A DNA stretch of 64,000 nt from Octopus sinensis (GCF_006345805.1 NC_043012.1:51460001-51524000), one strand, 5' to 3'. Counted from the stretch's first letter, positions 25,871 to 39,976 are shown. Numbers and translations are program-made. Notes: generated from the sequence alone by a model not told the origin.

Positions 25871-26639
25871 CTATAAACGCATTAATGTCATTTTACACGA
25901 ATACATATTTGATCGGGGCATTGTGGAGAAAAATTGTATAAATATAGGAAATCTATGTGAAAAAATTGGTATATAGAACCAGCTATATTTAGTTATCTAA
26001 ATTCACAATGACATAGATAAGATGATCGGCGAAAAAAATATTTCATACGCTTCAGTTCTTAACTAATAAAATGTAAGTTTCATCATCAAAAGAGGTAATG
26101 CTGAACAGAAAGAAATTTACTGGTAAAACCAAGTCAAAGAACAAACACAGGAGCAGAATTTTGATCCGTTCATGAATTGCGGAATAGAATTACGGCAAAT
26201 GTGACAAAATAGTTCATTCCAGAGATGCCAGCATTGTATTTAAGTTGCGGTGGAAGAAACGAGAATGTGTGAAATAGAACAACAGCTATGGGAAAGAATA
26301 CATGTGGTAGGAAGGATAGGGGTTACTGGAAAAAATTACAAAACGAGTCAAATAGTATATAAAACGATCGTAGCGATAGCTTCAGGTACGATGGTACAAA
26401 GAACGGAAAATGCACATAGTGACACGGAGAAGAAAATGTATAAATACATATATATATATATATATATATGCATGAATGCATATTTATATTATTTATGTGT
26501 ATAACATTTAGGTATCATCTATCTATCTTTGTCTCTCTGTATTTCTATCTCTCTTTCTCTCTCTCACTCCCTATGTATATATATGCATATATACATACAA
26601 ACATGTACATACTTACATATATATGTATATACACATGAA

Positions 26640-26930
26640 TATATGGGTACAGGACATCAACAAACCTGAACATGACAAACGAGAGCATGAAATACAAAAA
26701 CATGGAAAACGAACATTTTTGAATAACGAAACAAACAAATAGAAAAACGAAATGGGCATCATAAAGAACAATCCCTTCATCAGTTTTCCACTGTTTTATC
26801 TACTCCGCATTTCGAGCGTTAAGACAAGAAACGTCTTCGTCAAAATAGTCGCTCCCGCAAAGCAAATTAAATAAAATTTGGGATTTGTGGAATGTCAAAG
26901 TTGATAACAAAAACAGGACAGTTAAAGCAA
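26640..26930 (-). mobile_element. Probable PLE-type repeat with decayed hammerhead-like motifs
   Basis: Minus strand has TTGACGAAGAC...GCTCGAAA (26843-26810) and CTGATGAAGGG (from 26783). Confidence 0.35.
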
Positions 26931-26984
26931 ACAGTAAGGGCTGTTCAGCCATGTCACCTGCAAAAGCTTGTTTATCCAGTCCTT

Positions 26985-27833
26985 ACCGTTTTATAAATTT
27001 TATACTTTTAATTTGGCGCATGCACCTTCTTTGTTTCTGATATTATCGACTACACAGTATAGCAATGTCGGCTGGGCACAATCTGTGAGAAAACAACACC
27101 ATGGTGCACTTCCTCTACCTGAAATTAGGAAACGACATGCTGTACTACGTGGCTTTCGCACAGGAAGCTCCAATACAAACATTTGAGAGTGTTTCGGTGT
27201 GAATCTGAGGACAGTGCAATTTGATGACATGTACCGAGAGTGATAAAAATCAAACGTCCACTCAACATCAAGCTGAGAGGGATCACAAGTGATGGCGGCG
27301 TTATGCCTACCTTCATTTTATCACACGATCTTCATCTTCTCACACTGACAACATCAAGTGTCTGGTGGAGGTAGAGCTACCTTGAGTCAAGACAATATGT
27401 CTGGCAACAGGGTCTCTCCACCATGCCACAGAAGCAGGAGAACCCAGTCATGGCTATCAGACAATTTCTGCGACCACACCCCCCATAACATCTGGTCACT
27501 AATCACTCCCGACTGCGCCACGACTTCATTATTATATGTAAGGCACAGATGAGCGTGAGAATAACAAAACTCCTTGTGACGCTAAAGATAAACTGAATGC
27601 AGGGATTATTGCAGCCTTCACCAACTTAAACAAGAAGACCTTCCAGAAGAGTTACAGGAGATTCCGAAGCCATCTGGAGGCTGTTGAAGTCAATGACGAT
27701 TTTATTGAATAAATTTACTTTTTCGTATTTCAAGATACTTTTATGTAATTTTGGTAAATATATCTGTTAAAATTATGCTAGTATTATCTTCATTTTTGCA
27801 TAATTTAAACGACAGTTATTTCAACAAACCCTG
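26985..27833 (+). mobile_element. Tc1/mariner remnant (maT/DD37D-like), internally deleted
   Basis: N-terminal LPEIRKRHAVL...GVNLRTVQ, then SDGGVMP, CHRSRRTQSWLSDNFCDH...PDC and FRSHLEAV...DFIE*. Right end ...AACAAACCCTG followed by TA at 27834-35. Left TIR not found. Confidence 0.85.
27101..27712 (+). pseudogene. Mariner-family transposase pseudogene
   Basis: ATG at 27101, stop at 27710-12; frameshifts and a large internal deletion near 27225. Confidence 0.8.
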
Positions 27834-27927
27834 TATATATTATATATATAAATACATTATATGAAATTATATGTATATATATATGTATATATATATATAA
27901 ATATGTATGTATATATATATATATATA

Positions 27928-30900
27928 GGGGGCAAAGGAAAGTGATTGCGTCTCTCATAGCCTCTCCTCCCCAGGTGTAATGATCGCTGCAGAACTTCTA
28001 CCTGGCTGCGCCTTGTGGAAAGTTCTTGCTTATGGCCCCTCCTGCACTACTGTGTCCACAACAGCACCTTCACGCGGTACCCCCTGTTCTCACTTAGCCT
28101 GCTGTGTGGCGCGACCGGGTGCTTGGCGGTATAACCAGGTGGGCAGACTGGGCTCGTTAGCCTTGGTTGGCAGCCAATCTAGGAGAAGGAAAACTCTGAC
28201 TCCAAACCCTCGCTCCGCTGCCTTGCGGATGCTCTTGCGAGAGGGAAAGGCTATGGGAGTAAACCCAGACAGAAAATCCGGAGTGGAGCCCCGAAGGCGG
28301 TAGGGTGTCGAATCTCGACCCTTTTCCGGCAACTCCTGCAGCCAACCAGACTCCAAACGTACTGCACTGCATTCCTTTGGATTATGTCTGGGGGGCCGAG
28401 AGGGAGATTCTGGTGTCTGGGCAGCCCAGTGTCTTCGTTCCTACCACCCAGGCTTGCGCCATGGAGAAACTACTCCATCGATGGAACAAGCTGAGATGGC
28501 AGTTACGAGTTTTAAGCCAGGGTGAATTGGCGTTATCCCGGGCGCTACGGTGGGAGGGATCATTGAAGTCCCACTGGTCAGCTACCGCCCGCCTTAGGCT
28601 GGGCAGCCCCCCGGCCAATAATGGTGCTGACCCGCCACAGACTGCCCGCTTCAATGGGTGCTTGGAGCTAGGACAAAATCTGAAAAGCAGACTGAAAACC
28701 CTGCACCAGCAAACAAAGGAAAAACAAATACCCAGTCACTAGTCTTGCGACTGGCCACCTGGAATGTCAGGACCATGTGCCCTGGCATCATTGACGATCA
28801 GTAGGAAGATGAACGACAGTAGGAAGACAGCAGTCATCAACACCGAATTGAGAAGGCTGAACATCGACATAGCGGCGCTGCAAGAGACCAGGCTCGCCGC
28901 AGACGGCATGCTACGGGAGAAGGGGAGACCCGTCGAGGAGGCCCGCCAGCATGGCGTGGGGTTTGCCGTAAGGAACAGCTTGCTCCCCATGGCGATCCCT
29001 CCTTCAAATGGCTCAGAGCGCATCCTCACTCTTGGCCTTGCAACATCAACGGGGAAGGTAAACATAATTAGTGCTTATGCCCCAACACTCCACTCTCCTC
29101 AGGAAATAAAAGACCGGTTCTATGAGGAGCTCGACGCCACCATCAGCCAGATACCAGGGTCGGAGCCCATCTTCCTTCTGGGCGACTTCAACGCAAGGGT
29201 GGGATCCGATCATGGGGCATGGCCAGAGACTGTTGGAGCTTTGCTCTTACCGGAAACTCTGCGTTACCAACAGATTCTTCATGACTAAGCCACAACACCA
29301 GGTCTCATGGAGGCACCCAAGGTCCGGACACTGGCACCAACTGGACATGGTCATCACCCGGCGAGCCCACCTCGGCAGTGTGCTTCTCACACGCAGCTAC
29401 CATGGTGTTGACTGTGATACAGACCACTCTCTGGTGTGCAGCAGGGTCCGATTGGCCCCAAAGAAAATCCGCCGTCCCGTAGGGAAAAGCCTCCCACGCA
29501 TCAACACCGCCAGGACAACCAACCCCGACCTCCGCTCGGAATTCACCAACCGCATGGAGGAGGCCCTTAAAGATCACGCAGCCACGTCCATCGAGGAGAG
29601 ATGGCAGCTTATTCGCGACACCACTTGCAGAATAGTCATGTCATCTCTAGGAAAGAGGGAGCGGAGAAATCAAGACTGGTTTGAAGCTCACCTGCCTGAG
29701 ATGGAGCCTGTCATTGCTGCCAAGAGGGAAGCACTGGTCAACTATAAGCGCGACCCATCAGAAAAGAACCTGGCTACTCTGAGAACAGCCAGAAGCGACG
29801 CCCAGAGGACGGCCAGACGTAGCGCCAACATCTACTGGCAGAACTTATGCCAGAACATCCAGTGCTGTGCTGACAGTGGTAACGTGAAAGGGATGTACGA
29901 GGAGATGAAGAAAGCATTCGGGCCCACTGTCAGCAAGGTTGCTACACTGAAGTCCAGGGATGGCGAGGTCATCAAGGACCAAGCGAAGCAGATGGAGAGG
30001 TGGGTCGAGTATTACCAGAACGTCTACTCCACTGAGAATGTGGTCACCAGGTCTGCCCTCGCCGGCATTCCTGCTCTGCCTGTCATGGAGGAGCTTGACC
30101 TGCCTCCAACAAAGGAAGAACTGAGCAAAGCAATTGACTCACTCGCTCGGGGCAAGGCACCAGGGCAAGACGGCATCCCCGCAGAAGTCATCCAGTGCGG
30201 GAAGCCAGCCCTTCTGGGCCATCTCCACGCGCTGCTCTGTCAGTGCTGGGAGGAGGGCTCTGTCCCTAAGGATATGCGTGACGCAAACATCATCACACTG
30301 TATAAAAACAAAGGGGACAGAAGCGACTGTAATAATTACAGGGGCATATCACTGCTCAGCACTGTCGGTAAGGCATTTGCCAGGGTGGTCCTGAAGAGGT
30401 TGCAAATGCTTGCAGAGCGTTTGTACCCCGAGTCTCAGTCTGGCTTTAGGGCAGAGAGGTCTACAATCGACATGATCTTCTCACTCAGGCAGCTTCAAGA
30501 AAAGTGTCGAGAACAGAGACAGCCCCTATACGTGGCCTTCATCGACCTGGCTAAGGAGTTCGACTCAGTCAGCAGGGAGGGGCTGTTTGCACTCCTGGGT
30601 AGGATAGGTTGCCCTCCCAGACTGCAGAAACTCATCATCTCCTTTCACGACGGTATGCAGGGAACAGTGCAGTTTGACGGATCGCCCTCGGAGTCGTTCC
30701 CCATCCAGAGTCGAGTGAAATAGGGTTGCGTTCTGGCGCCGACGCTCTTCGGAATTTTCTTCTCCCTTGTCCGGTCCTATGCCTTCAGAACGTACCCATC
30801 GATGTTCGTGTGCAGCAACTGTACCAGGGACTGCCACTCTAGAATTGGACTGTTCAGTCACAGCAGACGCTGCTCATCATCAAGGTAGGCCCCACCCTTG

Positions 30901-30938
30901 GCGCGACCCATTGTCTATCAAGACAGACGGGGGAAGAG
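27928..30938 (+). mobile_element. RTE-clade LINE with 5' UTR and 3' end retained, internally deleted
   Basis: Sharp GC-rich block between two (TA)n tracts; about 0.8 kb 5' region, APE and RT remnants, C-terminal cysteine motif and short 3' UTR. Confidence 0.95.
28744..30888 (+). pseudogene. RTE APE-endonuclease/reverse-transcriptase ORF, disrupted
   Basis: LATWNVRT, DIAALQETR, ISAYAPT, LLGDFNARVG, HWHQLD, DCDTDH, GKAPGQDGIP, NYRGISLL, QSGFR, FIDLAKEFDSV; VK*GCVL (nonsense in place of Q); joined in frame to CSNCTRDCHSRIGLFSHSRRC. The YADD region is missing. Confidence 0.95.
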
Positions 30939-30939
30939 A

Positions 30940-30968
30940 TATGTATATATATGTATATATATTTATAT

Positions 30969-31028
<60 letters not shown>

Positions 31029-31461
31029 CCTATGTATATATATAAAAATTGTGAAAGTGTGAAAATAGGAGACTCAATAGACATAAGTTAAATTATTAAT
31101 TAACATTGCCTACAATTTTTTCACCTCACTCCCAATTAATTTATAAAACATATATAACAGAATGAGTTTGCATTCTGAGTATCCTGGGTAGAAGTACTTC
31201 AGAGCAAAATGGACATTACAGAATTTACATTTTCTATCTTTTGTAATTTAAATTGGGTCTGAAGTGAAACAATTGTAGGCAATCTTCATTAATTAATAAC
31301 TTAATTTAAATCCATTGAAATATCTCCCTTTTCAAACTTATTAATAATGTTTCTTGTTTTCGGATATATTTATTGAATGAATATCTCAAAAAATGATATA
31401 TCAAACGAGGGTAACTTGGATAAATCTATTCCAATAAGAGGTTTAACTATCCTTATAGTTA

Positions 31462-31512
<51 letters not shown>

Positions 31513-31605
31513 TATATACATATATATATACATAATTGTACATGTAAGTATGCACGTACGTATGTGTGAATGTGTGTATGCATGTATGTACATATAAATA
31601 CACAT

Positions 31606-31638
<33 letters not shown>

Positions 31639-31745
31639 GATATAAATATATATATATGTATGTATATGTATATATATATGTATATATTAATATATATAGA
31701 TATATATATATATAGATATAGATATATCTATATGTATATATATAT
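30940..31745. repeat. TA-rich compound microsatellites
   Basis: Tracts at 30940-31045 and 31465-31745. Confidence 0.9.
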
Positions 31746-32221
31746 GTGTGGGTGGATGTGTAGTATCTTTGTTGTCTCTCCAGGGTACACACCTGGTCTT
31801 TATTCCCTTCTTCTCTCTCTATACCATAGCAGCTCGGCAAACGGATGAACTGATAAAAATTACTAAAACCATATTCCTTATTCACTTACACCATGAAATC
31901 TACGGCCGAGCATGGCCGCAGTATAATACGTAAAACCTGCAGGACGATAAAAAACAAAGTGTTATATGGCCTTGAAATAATATAAATCAGCACAAGAGCA
32001 GTGTGCAACTAGAATATATGAATAAATGAGAACACGGGTTTTATATTAGAAAGCAGGGTTCCTATACCTTTTCGGAGTGGCACCCTGTTCACATTCCTAA
32101 TGATATCTGCTCCACTAATCACCACCGACATAAACCACTTTCTGAATGAAGTTTGACAAAACTGCATTTCCCAAATAAAACGCAAGCTAATTAATCCATT
32201 ATTTTGTTGCTTTTACATACA

Positions 32222-33496
32222 ACATCCGGAGTGCGAAATTTTTTTTGCACGTGAGTTCCGGTCTCCTCTTATAATCTTATTTGCATACAGCTAATCAGAG
32301 CTCAAATATCAAACTAATTTATAAGCGCATAACAAGTGATGGACGATAAGTTAAGGTCACCTGAATAAGGAATGGCCTTGCTTCTTTTCTATTTTAATAA
32401 TGCTTGTTGTTCTTGCTCTTGTTTTAACCATTGCTGCCTCTGCGTAGTTATTTGTGTCGTTGTTTACTTTGTAAAACAGTAAGAGGATAGGGTTGCTTGC
32501 AACTCACCCTGTCCCCTCATTTTTTCCATCCATATTTTTACCATATGGGGCCCTAACAAAATCCGATAACAGGTATAGATGTAAATCTATCTAAATACTT
32601 GTCTTCCTCTAAAATCAGGTATAAATTGGCGATCGGTCGACAACACCGTTATTTGTCCTTAGTCTACTTGCTACAGTGTGTTTGTTAGCTTGACAACAAT
32701 ATCAAGATGAGCTCTGATTGGCTGTATGCAAATGAGTTCATTACATTTTCGTGGGGAAATTTATCATGTCTGGAGCACCAAACTTTTCCCACGAGGGTTC
32801 CGTAATCCAGTCATGAACTCATTTGTATACAGCTAATCAGAGCACACCTTAAAAATCCACATACTGTGTACTACTACAGTACAGCCATTCAGGTATAGAA
32901 CGGTGCATGCCATTCTTTGAATACAGCTTAGCAGGTTTCACATAATCACCACATCCTACCTACCATCTTTATAGATCAATTGAGCACCATCTCTATATGG
33001 AGCTGACATTAGCTACCTATGCTCAGAATGAGATTAGTGATACTAGATGTACCCATTGATATATGCAAGGAGGGCGCAATACGGTACAACGCCATATTGA
33101 TTACGAAGTTTCCAGATCAACACCAATATTTCAAATTAGGAATGTAGAAAATCAGTCAAAATATTAGGAAAATACACTCATTTACATTTTCTAGTAGATT
33201 ACGCAAATTGGTAACACTAATGGCATTATCGGTGAGCAGCTCTCCTTTTAGATTATACACTAAATTTCACATTTGTAAGCACTATTAACCCGTTTAGGAC
33301 TGTTAGATTTTGCTATAATGCACATTTCCCACTCAACCAGAGTATTTTCGTGACTAGGTATTTTTGACACTAGTTTGATAGTTGAGCTCTGATTGGCTGT
33401 ACGCAAATGGGTTCATAACTGGGGTCCGGAACTCTCGTGGGAAAAATATTCGCGTCCGGGGCGGACGGCAGTGGGGCCCACTTTGGGAAACCACTG
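32222..33496. mobile_element. hAT-like non-autonomous element (MITE) with subterminal inverted repeats
   Basis: About 95-bp inverted repeats at 32222-32316 and 33371-33462. Right end GGGGCCCACTTTGGGAAACCACTG is the reverse complement of a CAGTGGTTTCCCAAA-type hAT TIR. Internal palindrome at 32709-32843. Left TIR not seen. Confidence 0.6.
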
Positions 33497-36400
33497 TTCT
33501 AAATTTATAGTCAAATAAATGGACGTAAGTGCATAGCTAGTATTATCTAAAAGCTAATGCGTATTGTACGTAATGCTCAAATCTTCTTTTTAATTACTTG
33601 GCCTAAAAATTCTCTACGACACATGTGAAGAGATATAAATATTGACTGAAAGCTAGTGGTTACAAAAAGTCACTGGAGATCATTAAATAACCATGGAAAT
33701 ATAAATTAAAAGCTGAAGAAACAGCAACAACTTATTTTAATATCTAGAGAATTTAATAAATATTATTTTTAGAATTGTGAGCAAGCCCATAATATAGAAC
33801 GAAAGACGATAGTACGAGATTCTATTTAATAACGATTGTATGTGAGAGAAATATTAAAATGTACATTATTATATAGAATATAAAATGCTTTAAAAAATAC
33901 TTCGAAAAATATATATATGACAGTTTATCAAGTATATGGAAATATATATTACGCGTGTGTTTGCGAATATCAGATTTAGACGTTTTGTTTCTTTTTTGTT
34001 TTTTGTTCTTTTTTCACTACATCAGTCAAGCAAAATAACATTAATAATCATCAGAGAGATTTGGCAAAAGTTCTAATAAATATAAAGAATAAGTTTTGAT
34101 TATCATAATCATCAAAATCTTCAGAATAATTATCATTAGTTTCATGATTTTTGTATCAGTATCAGCGCTGTCATTACAATAAACATCATTGGACTGGAGA
34201 TAACCATGGCGACGTTCATTTTATCATGAAAATATGAGTAAGAAAGATTACAGCAATGGGAACATGATATCGTATAATAATAATTATAATGTTTCTGAAA
34301 CGCTTTTATCTGAAATTTGGTGTTGAAACAGATATTGTTGTACATTCATAGATTTATTTTTGCCAATACGAAAGACAATCGGTGATTGCGGTTATTAATC
34401 ACTTCCTTTGGAAAATACTAGACGAGGTGACACATGGTATTTAGTTACTTGTCTTGATAATTTTCTTGCTGCTTTGTTATGCCATACAGAGAAAGGCCGA
34501 TTGCGCTATGTCCATAAATGCACTAAACGAAAAAGAAAACTAAATACGCCGGCAACAGCTCGACGTTTGATTTCGAGATTCACTACCACGGGAGCAGAAG
34601 AATTGTATCTTGTTACTATAGGTTAACTAACTGTAGTTAGAAGTATTAGCAGTATTAACAATATATATCTGTTGCGATCGGAGATGCTGCCGTAAAATGA
34701 AGACTGATAAACGTTATTGTGGTTTTAACATCGATTACACGAAACGTCAGCAGAAATGTAGGTCAGAGTTTGGAATGTATTGATCAGGGACTCGTTGCCA
34801 AATAGTCATATGGCTTCCTTTTACGGTGGGTTTGGCATGTTGTGTCCAGACTAACTGCATTTTCCTGTGTGACTGGAACTTATTTGATAGTTGTATATTT
34901 CTTTCAAATTACTTGTTTAGACCTAATGTATTATGTGAATCCATAGAGAAAGGTTTATGATTGAAATTTAGTGTTTATTTGTGTTATTTGTATGGAGTTC
35001 CCAGAAAGTATCATGTGTGATAGTGAACATTTTAATGTTATATGCCATTATAATGGAAATTAAGATATATGATATTTTTCATCGCATCAACTATCACTAT
35101 AAGTGGTATCATATGTGGAGGATTAACCGATTAGAGAAAACCACAAGCAAATCGTTAAGTGAGTAATGATGGATGCATTGGAGACAAGTAGAATAGTGTA
35201 AGTACTCATGCGTTGGAGCACAAATTATAATCCATTTATCATGCAAGCGTTAATTTGTGTATTTGTGTCTCTATCAAATCAAATTAATGCTGGATATATT
35301 TTTGTCCTTCGGTTCGTCTAAATATTTCTTATCGCAAGAGATAAAAATATAAGTAATACCGAATTAGTATCGTCGTTTTCTTTTAAAGAACAGTCCACAT
35401 CTAAATACATCTACCGTTGCACGCAGTTATCAGAATTCCTTCTATATTTTCCTTTCTGAATCACTTTTTTTTATTATGAAAGCCATTTCTTACAACCCCA
35501 CAAACCCAATATTTGCACTATTAGACAGGAACAAGTTTAGAAAATTGTAGGTTGGGCCAAATATAACCGAGCATATATGTAAAAGAGGAATTAATTTGGA
35601 AAATTGTGGGTAGGGCCCAACACAACCAAGAATACACGCAATCAGAATAAAGGCACTATTAGTTGTAGTATTTTCTTTATTTTCGTTGTTGTTGAATTAC
35701 TGTTATTTTGCTGTTGTTGAATTGCTGTTTTTTCATTTTATTTTATTTTTCTGTTGAATTGTTGTTAATATTGTAATTACTAGTATTTTTTATTAATATA
35801 TAACAATGGAATTTTTACCTTGCCTCAGAGACGCGTGGGAAACTAGTGAAGAAAAAACTTACAGCAAAGGCATTGTCATTGGATCGGAGATATAATCCAA
35901 ATGCCTGCAAGGGACTATTTTCCATGAATGAAAACACAGGGGCCTGGTGGTGCTATTAAATGGGATGACGGCTTAGTACAACTTTTAAAATTACACCAAA
36001 CGCTCTATACTAAAAGCTAAATTGATTATACAGAAATGGCAATATCAGCAGCTACCTATAAATTAGTTACTTAACCAATGTCATGTGAGATATATATATA
36101 TAATTAATATTAATCTTCTTTAATATGCCTTTGTCATGAGTATCTAAAACTAAATCAAAAGATTATTTTAAGTAACCCACGAGATTAGTATTCTCGTTGC
36201 TCAATTCTAATTTATTGCCATCTTCGTAAACTTTTGCAATATAATCATCCACGTAATAAATTTGAAACTATGATTACTTATTTCGCAGTCAAATCTGTGT
36301 GTATAGAGTGTGCGTAACGATGTGTTACAATCTTGATAGATTGAAAGTATATCATAGTGGAAGTAACATTATTAGGAAATTTCTATTTCCGATAGAGAGA

Positions 36401-37377
36401 AATAACTTGATGGTAGAGGAATTAAGTGAATCATTAAAAGACACAGTGCCGAAGAATAGATTTAGAAATACGTTCAGCATATATAAAAGTTATCTTAAAT
36501 GTACGCTATATATAAGTATAACACACTAATATATATGTAGGTGTATATGTATACATGTATGTGTGTGTATGTCTGTAGGTATTTTATTTGGGTAGATTCA
36601 AAATACAGAGCAGCATAAAGGAATTGATGATATTAAAGTATTTGTGCCCTGATATATTTCAATATCCACATATCTAATACCGATCTTGTTCCTATAGAAT
36701 AAATTTCGAATATAACAACTCTTCTTCTAGTTGAAAAGGCGTAGTGGATTCGGTTAAAGAAGAGATTTCATTTAGTCACGCAGATCTGAGAATTTTGAGA
36801 GTTCAAACTTCATTCCAGGAAAGATTTGTTGAACTTCATATTGACAAATTTAAACAGCAGAAAATGTCGGCGTAATTCCAAACAATTTTAATTGTTGTTA
36901 AATTTGAATTCAATTCACAAATGGCATGTATTTATTTATACATTAGCGCTCAATTATCAGTCGTAAAATAATATTGTAGCAAAATATTATCGGAAAACAC
37001 ACGCATAATCTATATTAGATTTATTATTTGAGGTGAGAAAGTGAAAATGAGGGCTATAAAATAGAATTTATAATATAATTTTATTTATATGCAGAACATT
37101 AATCAAAATAGAAATATACATATATACAATGTCCGTCCACGATTGTATGAAATTATCTTCTATAATAAGTTATTTTATAGCTTGGTGTTTTAAGATACCT
37201 ATCATACTGATAGGACAAGCGGTTCTTATGACCTCATGTTACAGCAAGGAGAAGCAAGATTTGCATTTCCTCTAAAACAAAGCAGATATCATAGAGAACA
37301 TAAAGAAACGTTTCTACATTTGATAAACAAGTAATACTTAATCCGGAACAGGTAAGATAGGCATTTTCATTACCGTG

Positions 37378-37553
37378 TGTACCGTTGGCGATTTTTTTCC
37401 TTTGTCTTCCCTTCTCTGGATCTTTCCTTCTCCTATGTTTCCGACGAAGAGCTCCGCTCGAAACGTTTAACCCTCCTTATTTCCTTCTTTCCTGAACGTC
37501 CAAACGTCCTCGCGTTGTTGTGTTTTCTTGTGCTTTCTTGTTGGGAATAACTT
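37378..37553 (+). mobile_element. Short PLE-type element with a hammerhead motif (U4C core variant)
   Basis: Homolog of 22306-22515; CCGACGA-A-GAGC-TCC-GCTC-GAAACGTT at 37441-37467. Confidence 0.75.
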
Positions 37554-37555
37554 TA

Positions 37556-37701
37556 TATACATATATACATGTACATATATATATATATAATATATATATA
37601 TTATATAATATATATATATAATATATATATATATATTATATATATACATATATATATATATATAATATATATATATACATATATATTATATATATATATA
37701 C

Positions 37702-37748
<47 letters not shown>

Positions 37749-37749
37749 C

Positions 37750-37792
<43 letters not shown>

Positions 37793-38154
37793 TATATATG
37801 TATATGTATATATATAGTTCAAATCTATAAAAAAGAAAATAGGAAACAGGTGGCGGAACAACAAACAATTGTATTAGTTTGAAGAATTGAAAATTCTTTG
37901 ACGTTTCGATCCTCCACTCTTTCACAGAAAAGGTTGAGGCGAGTAAATGGAAAGAGAACAGAAAAAAACCAGACTGAGAAAAGAATGTGCGTAGATTAAC
38001 TATTCAACAGGATGTGAAAGTCCAAATACACATATGTGTGTGTATATATATGAATATAGGTATATTTTTCCGTTCTCTTTCCATTTCCCCGCCTCAACCT
38101 TTTCTGTGAAAAAGTGGAGGATCGAAAAGTCAAAGACGTTTCAATTCTTCAAAC

Positions 38155-38247
<93 letters not shown>

Positions 38248-38399
38248 TGTGTGAAATTTGATTAGTATTTCTAAATTGAATTTGTTTCCCTGTAAGTTAG
38301 GATTAATATTCCCTCAAATATAATTATTTTATATATGTATACACACACACACACACTCTCACACACCACAGACACACACACACACACACACATATATTA

Positions 38400-38430
<31 letters not shown>

Positions 38431-38763
38431 AATTCATGCATGTGTGTATGTTTGTGTGTGTGTGAGAGAGAGTGTATGAATATTTACAGACATAAACGTA
38501 CATACGTAAAGGACAAAGATGTTACAAAACACAGACTATATAGCCGATTGAATTATACTTTTATTTTACTTGATCTCTACTACTTACAAATATCGAATAA
38601 TTTAGTATAATTATTTTAATTATTTTTTGTCGAAGATACAACCCATCAAATAACACCCCATACAATTAAATACACACACCCAAACATACATACGTATATA
38701 CATATATGTATGCATACGCACATAAGAAGTTACAAATAGTTGACATATGTGTGTGTATTAGAT

Positions 38764-38823
<60 letters not shown>

Positions 38824-38887
38824 ATATTTATATATATATACATTACATCATATATATATATATTGTATATATATATGTATATATATG

Positions 38888-38923
<36 letters not shown>

Positions 38924-39008
38924 TACCTTATATATATATATATACATATACATACATATATATATATATTGTATATATATATAGGCATATATATATGTAT
39001 AATATATG

Positions 39009-39091
<83 letters not shown>

Positions 39092-39096
39092 TAGAT

Positions 39097-39158
<62 letters not shown>

Positions 39159-39170
39159 AAGATAGATATA
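37556..39170. repeat. Cluster of long (TA)n, (CA)n, (GA)n and (GATA)n tracts
   Basis: Tracts at 37556-37815, 38156-38245, 38335-38430 and 38765-39170. Confidence 0.9.
37855..38156. mobile_element. Inverted pair of PLE-type terminal segments
   Basis: 37875-37959 is the reverse complement of 38072-38155 (about 85 bp, few mismatches); each carries a decayed CTG...GAAA(C/A)GTC motif. Confidence 0.7.
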
Positions 39171-39556
39171 TACTTGTTCCTCTTGAGGGCTTCGCAAAAT
39201 AAAACCACTACTGTCTGCGTTCGGGCAAGAGACAAAGGAATACCAACATATTGTATAGCTACAAAAACAATTGCCCCTCAGGGTCTGGTAATTATTTACT
39301 TTTGTTATGTTCGGATTTATTTACCAAAATTGTTTTGATTTACTCCTAAGAATGAAACTCAAAATATATAATATTTCGTTATTCGTGTATTTTGTTTCTT
39401 ATTCTTGGAGTACATTATAAGGCTTTACAGAAGTATATAGATTTTAGTTAGGTTGTATGCCTGTAAAGATTATAGATATTCACATTCGTTCCTATATTTC
39501 CCGAGTTATAAATAGGGAAATGAAGACCTAAGAACACGTTCTACATATGTGGAAGC

Positions 39557-39631
<75 letters not shown>

Positions 39632-39890
39632 TGTGTAAATATGTATGTATATTGAAAAATCAACTTAGAAAGCAAATATTTCTATAAAGAAAGATACAGT
39701 TATTCTAGAAGAGGTTTCATATTTGCTGGTGTTAGTGTGGATGAGGTTGCGTGGGAACCGACTTGTACTATTAATACGTAATTTTTATGGCAATATATTC
39801 TGCAATCAACAAACATTACGAAACCCGCATACACTGACGTATATATGTGGGGTATGTATATTTTCACACACACCACATATATATACGTAT

Positions 39891-39947
<57 letters not shown>

Positions 39948-39976
39948 TATATATATAGATATAATATATATATGTA

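Noticed and set aside
27928-28080. HDV-like ribozyme at the RTE 5' end
   Set aside because: Known in other RTEs, but I could not fit P1/P3/L3/J4-2 by eye; it needs a descriptor or Rfam RF00094/RF00622 search.
28305-28742. 145-aa ORF upstream of the RTE ORF as an ORF1
   Set aside because: It lies in the GC-rich 5' region where stops are scarce and has no gag-like motif; RTE elements typically have a single main ORF.
35535-35640. Two degenerate 45-bp direct repeats
   Set aside because: A small old tandem duplication with no sign of function.
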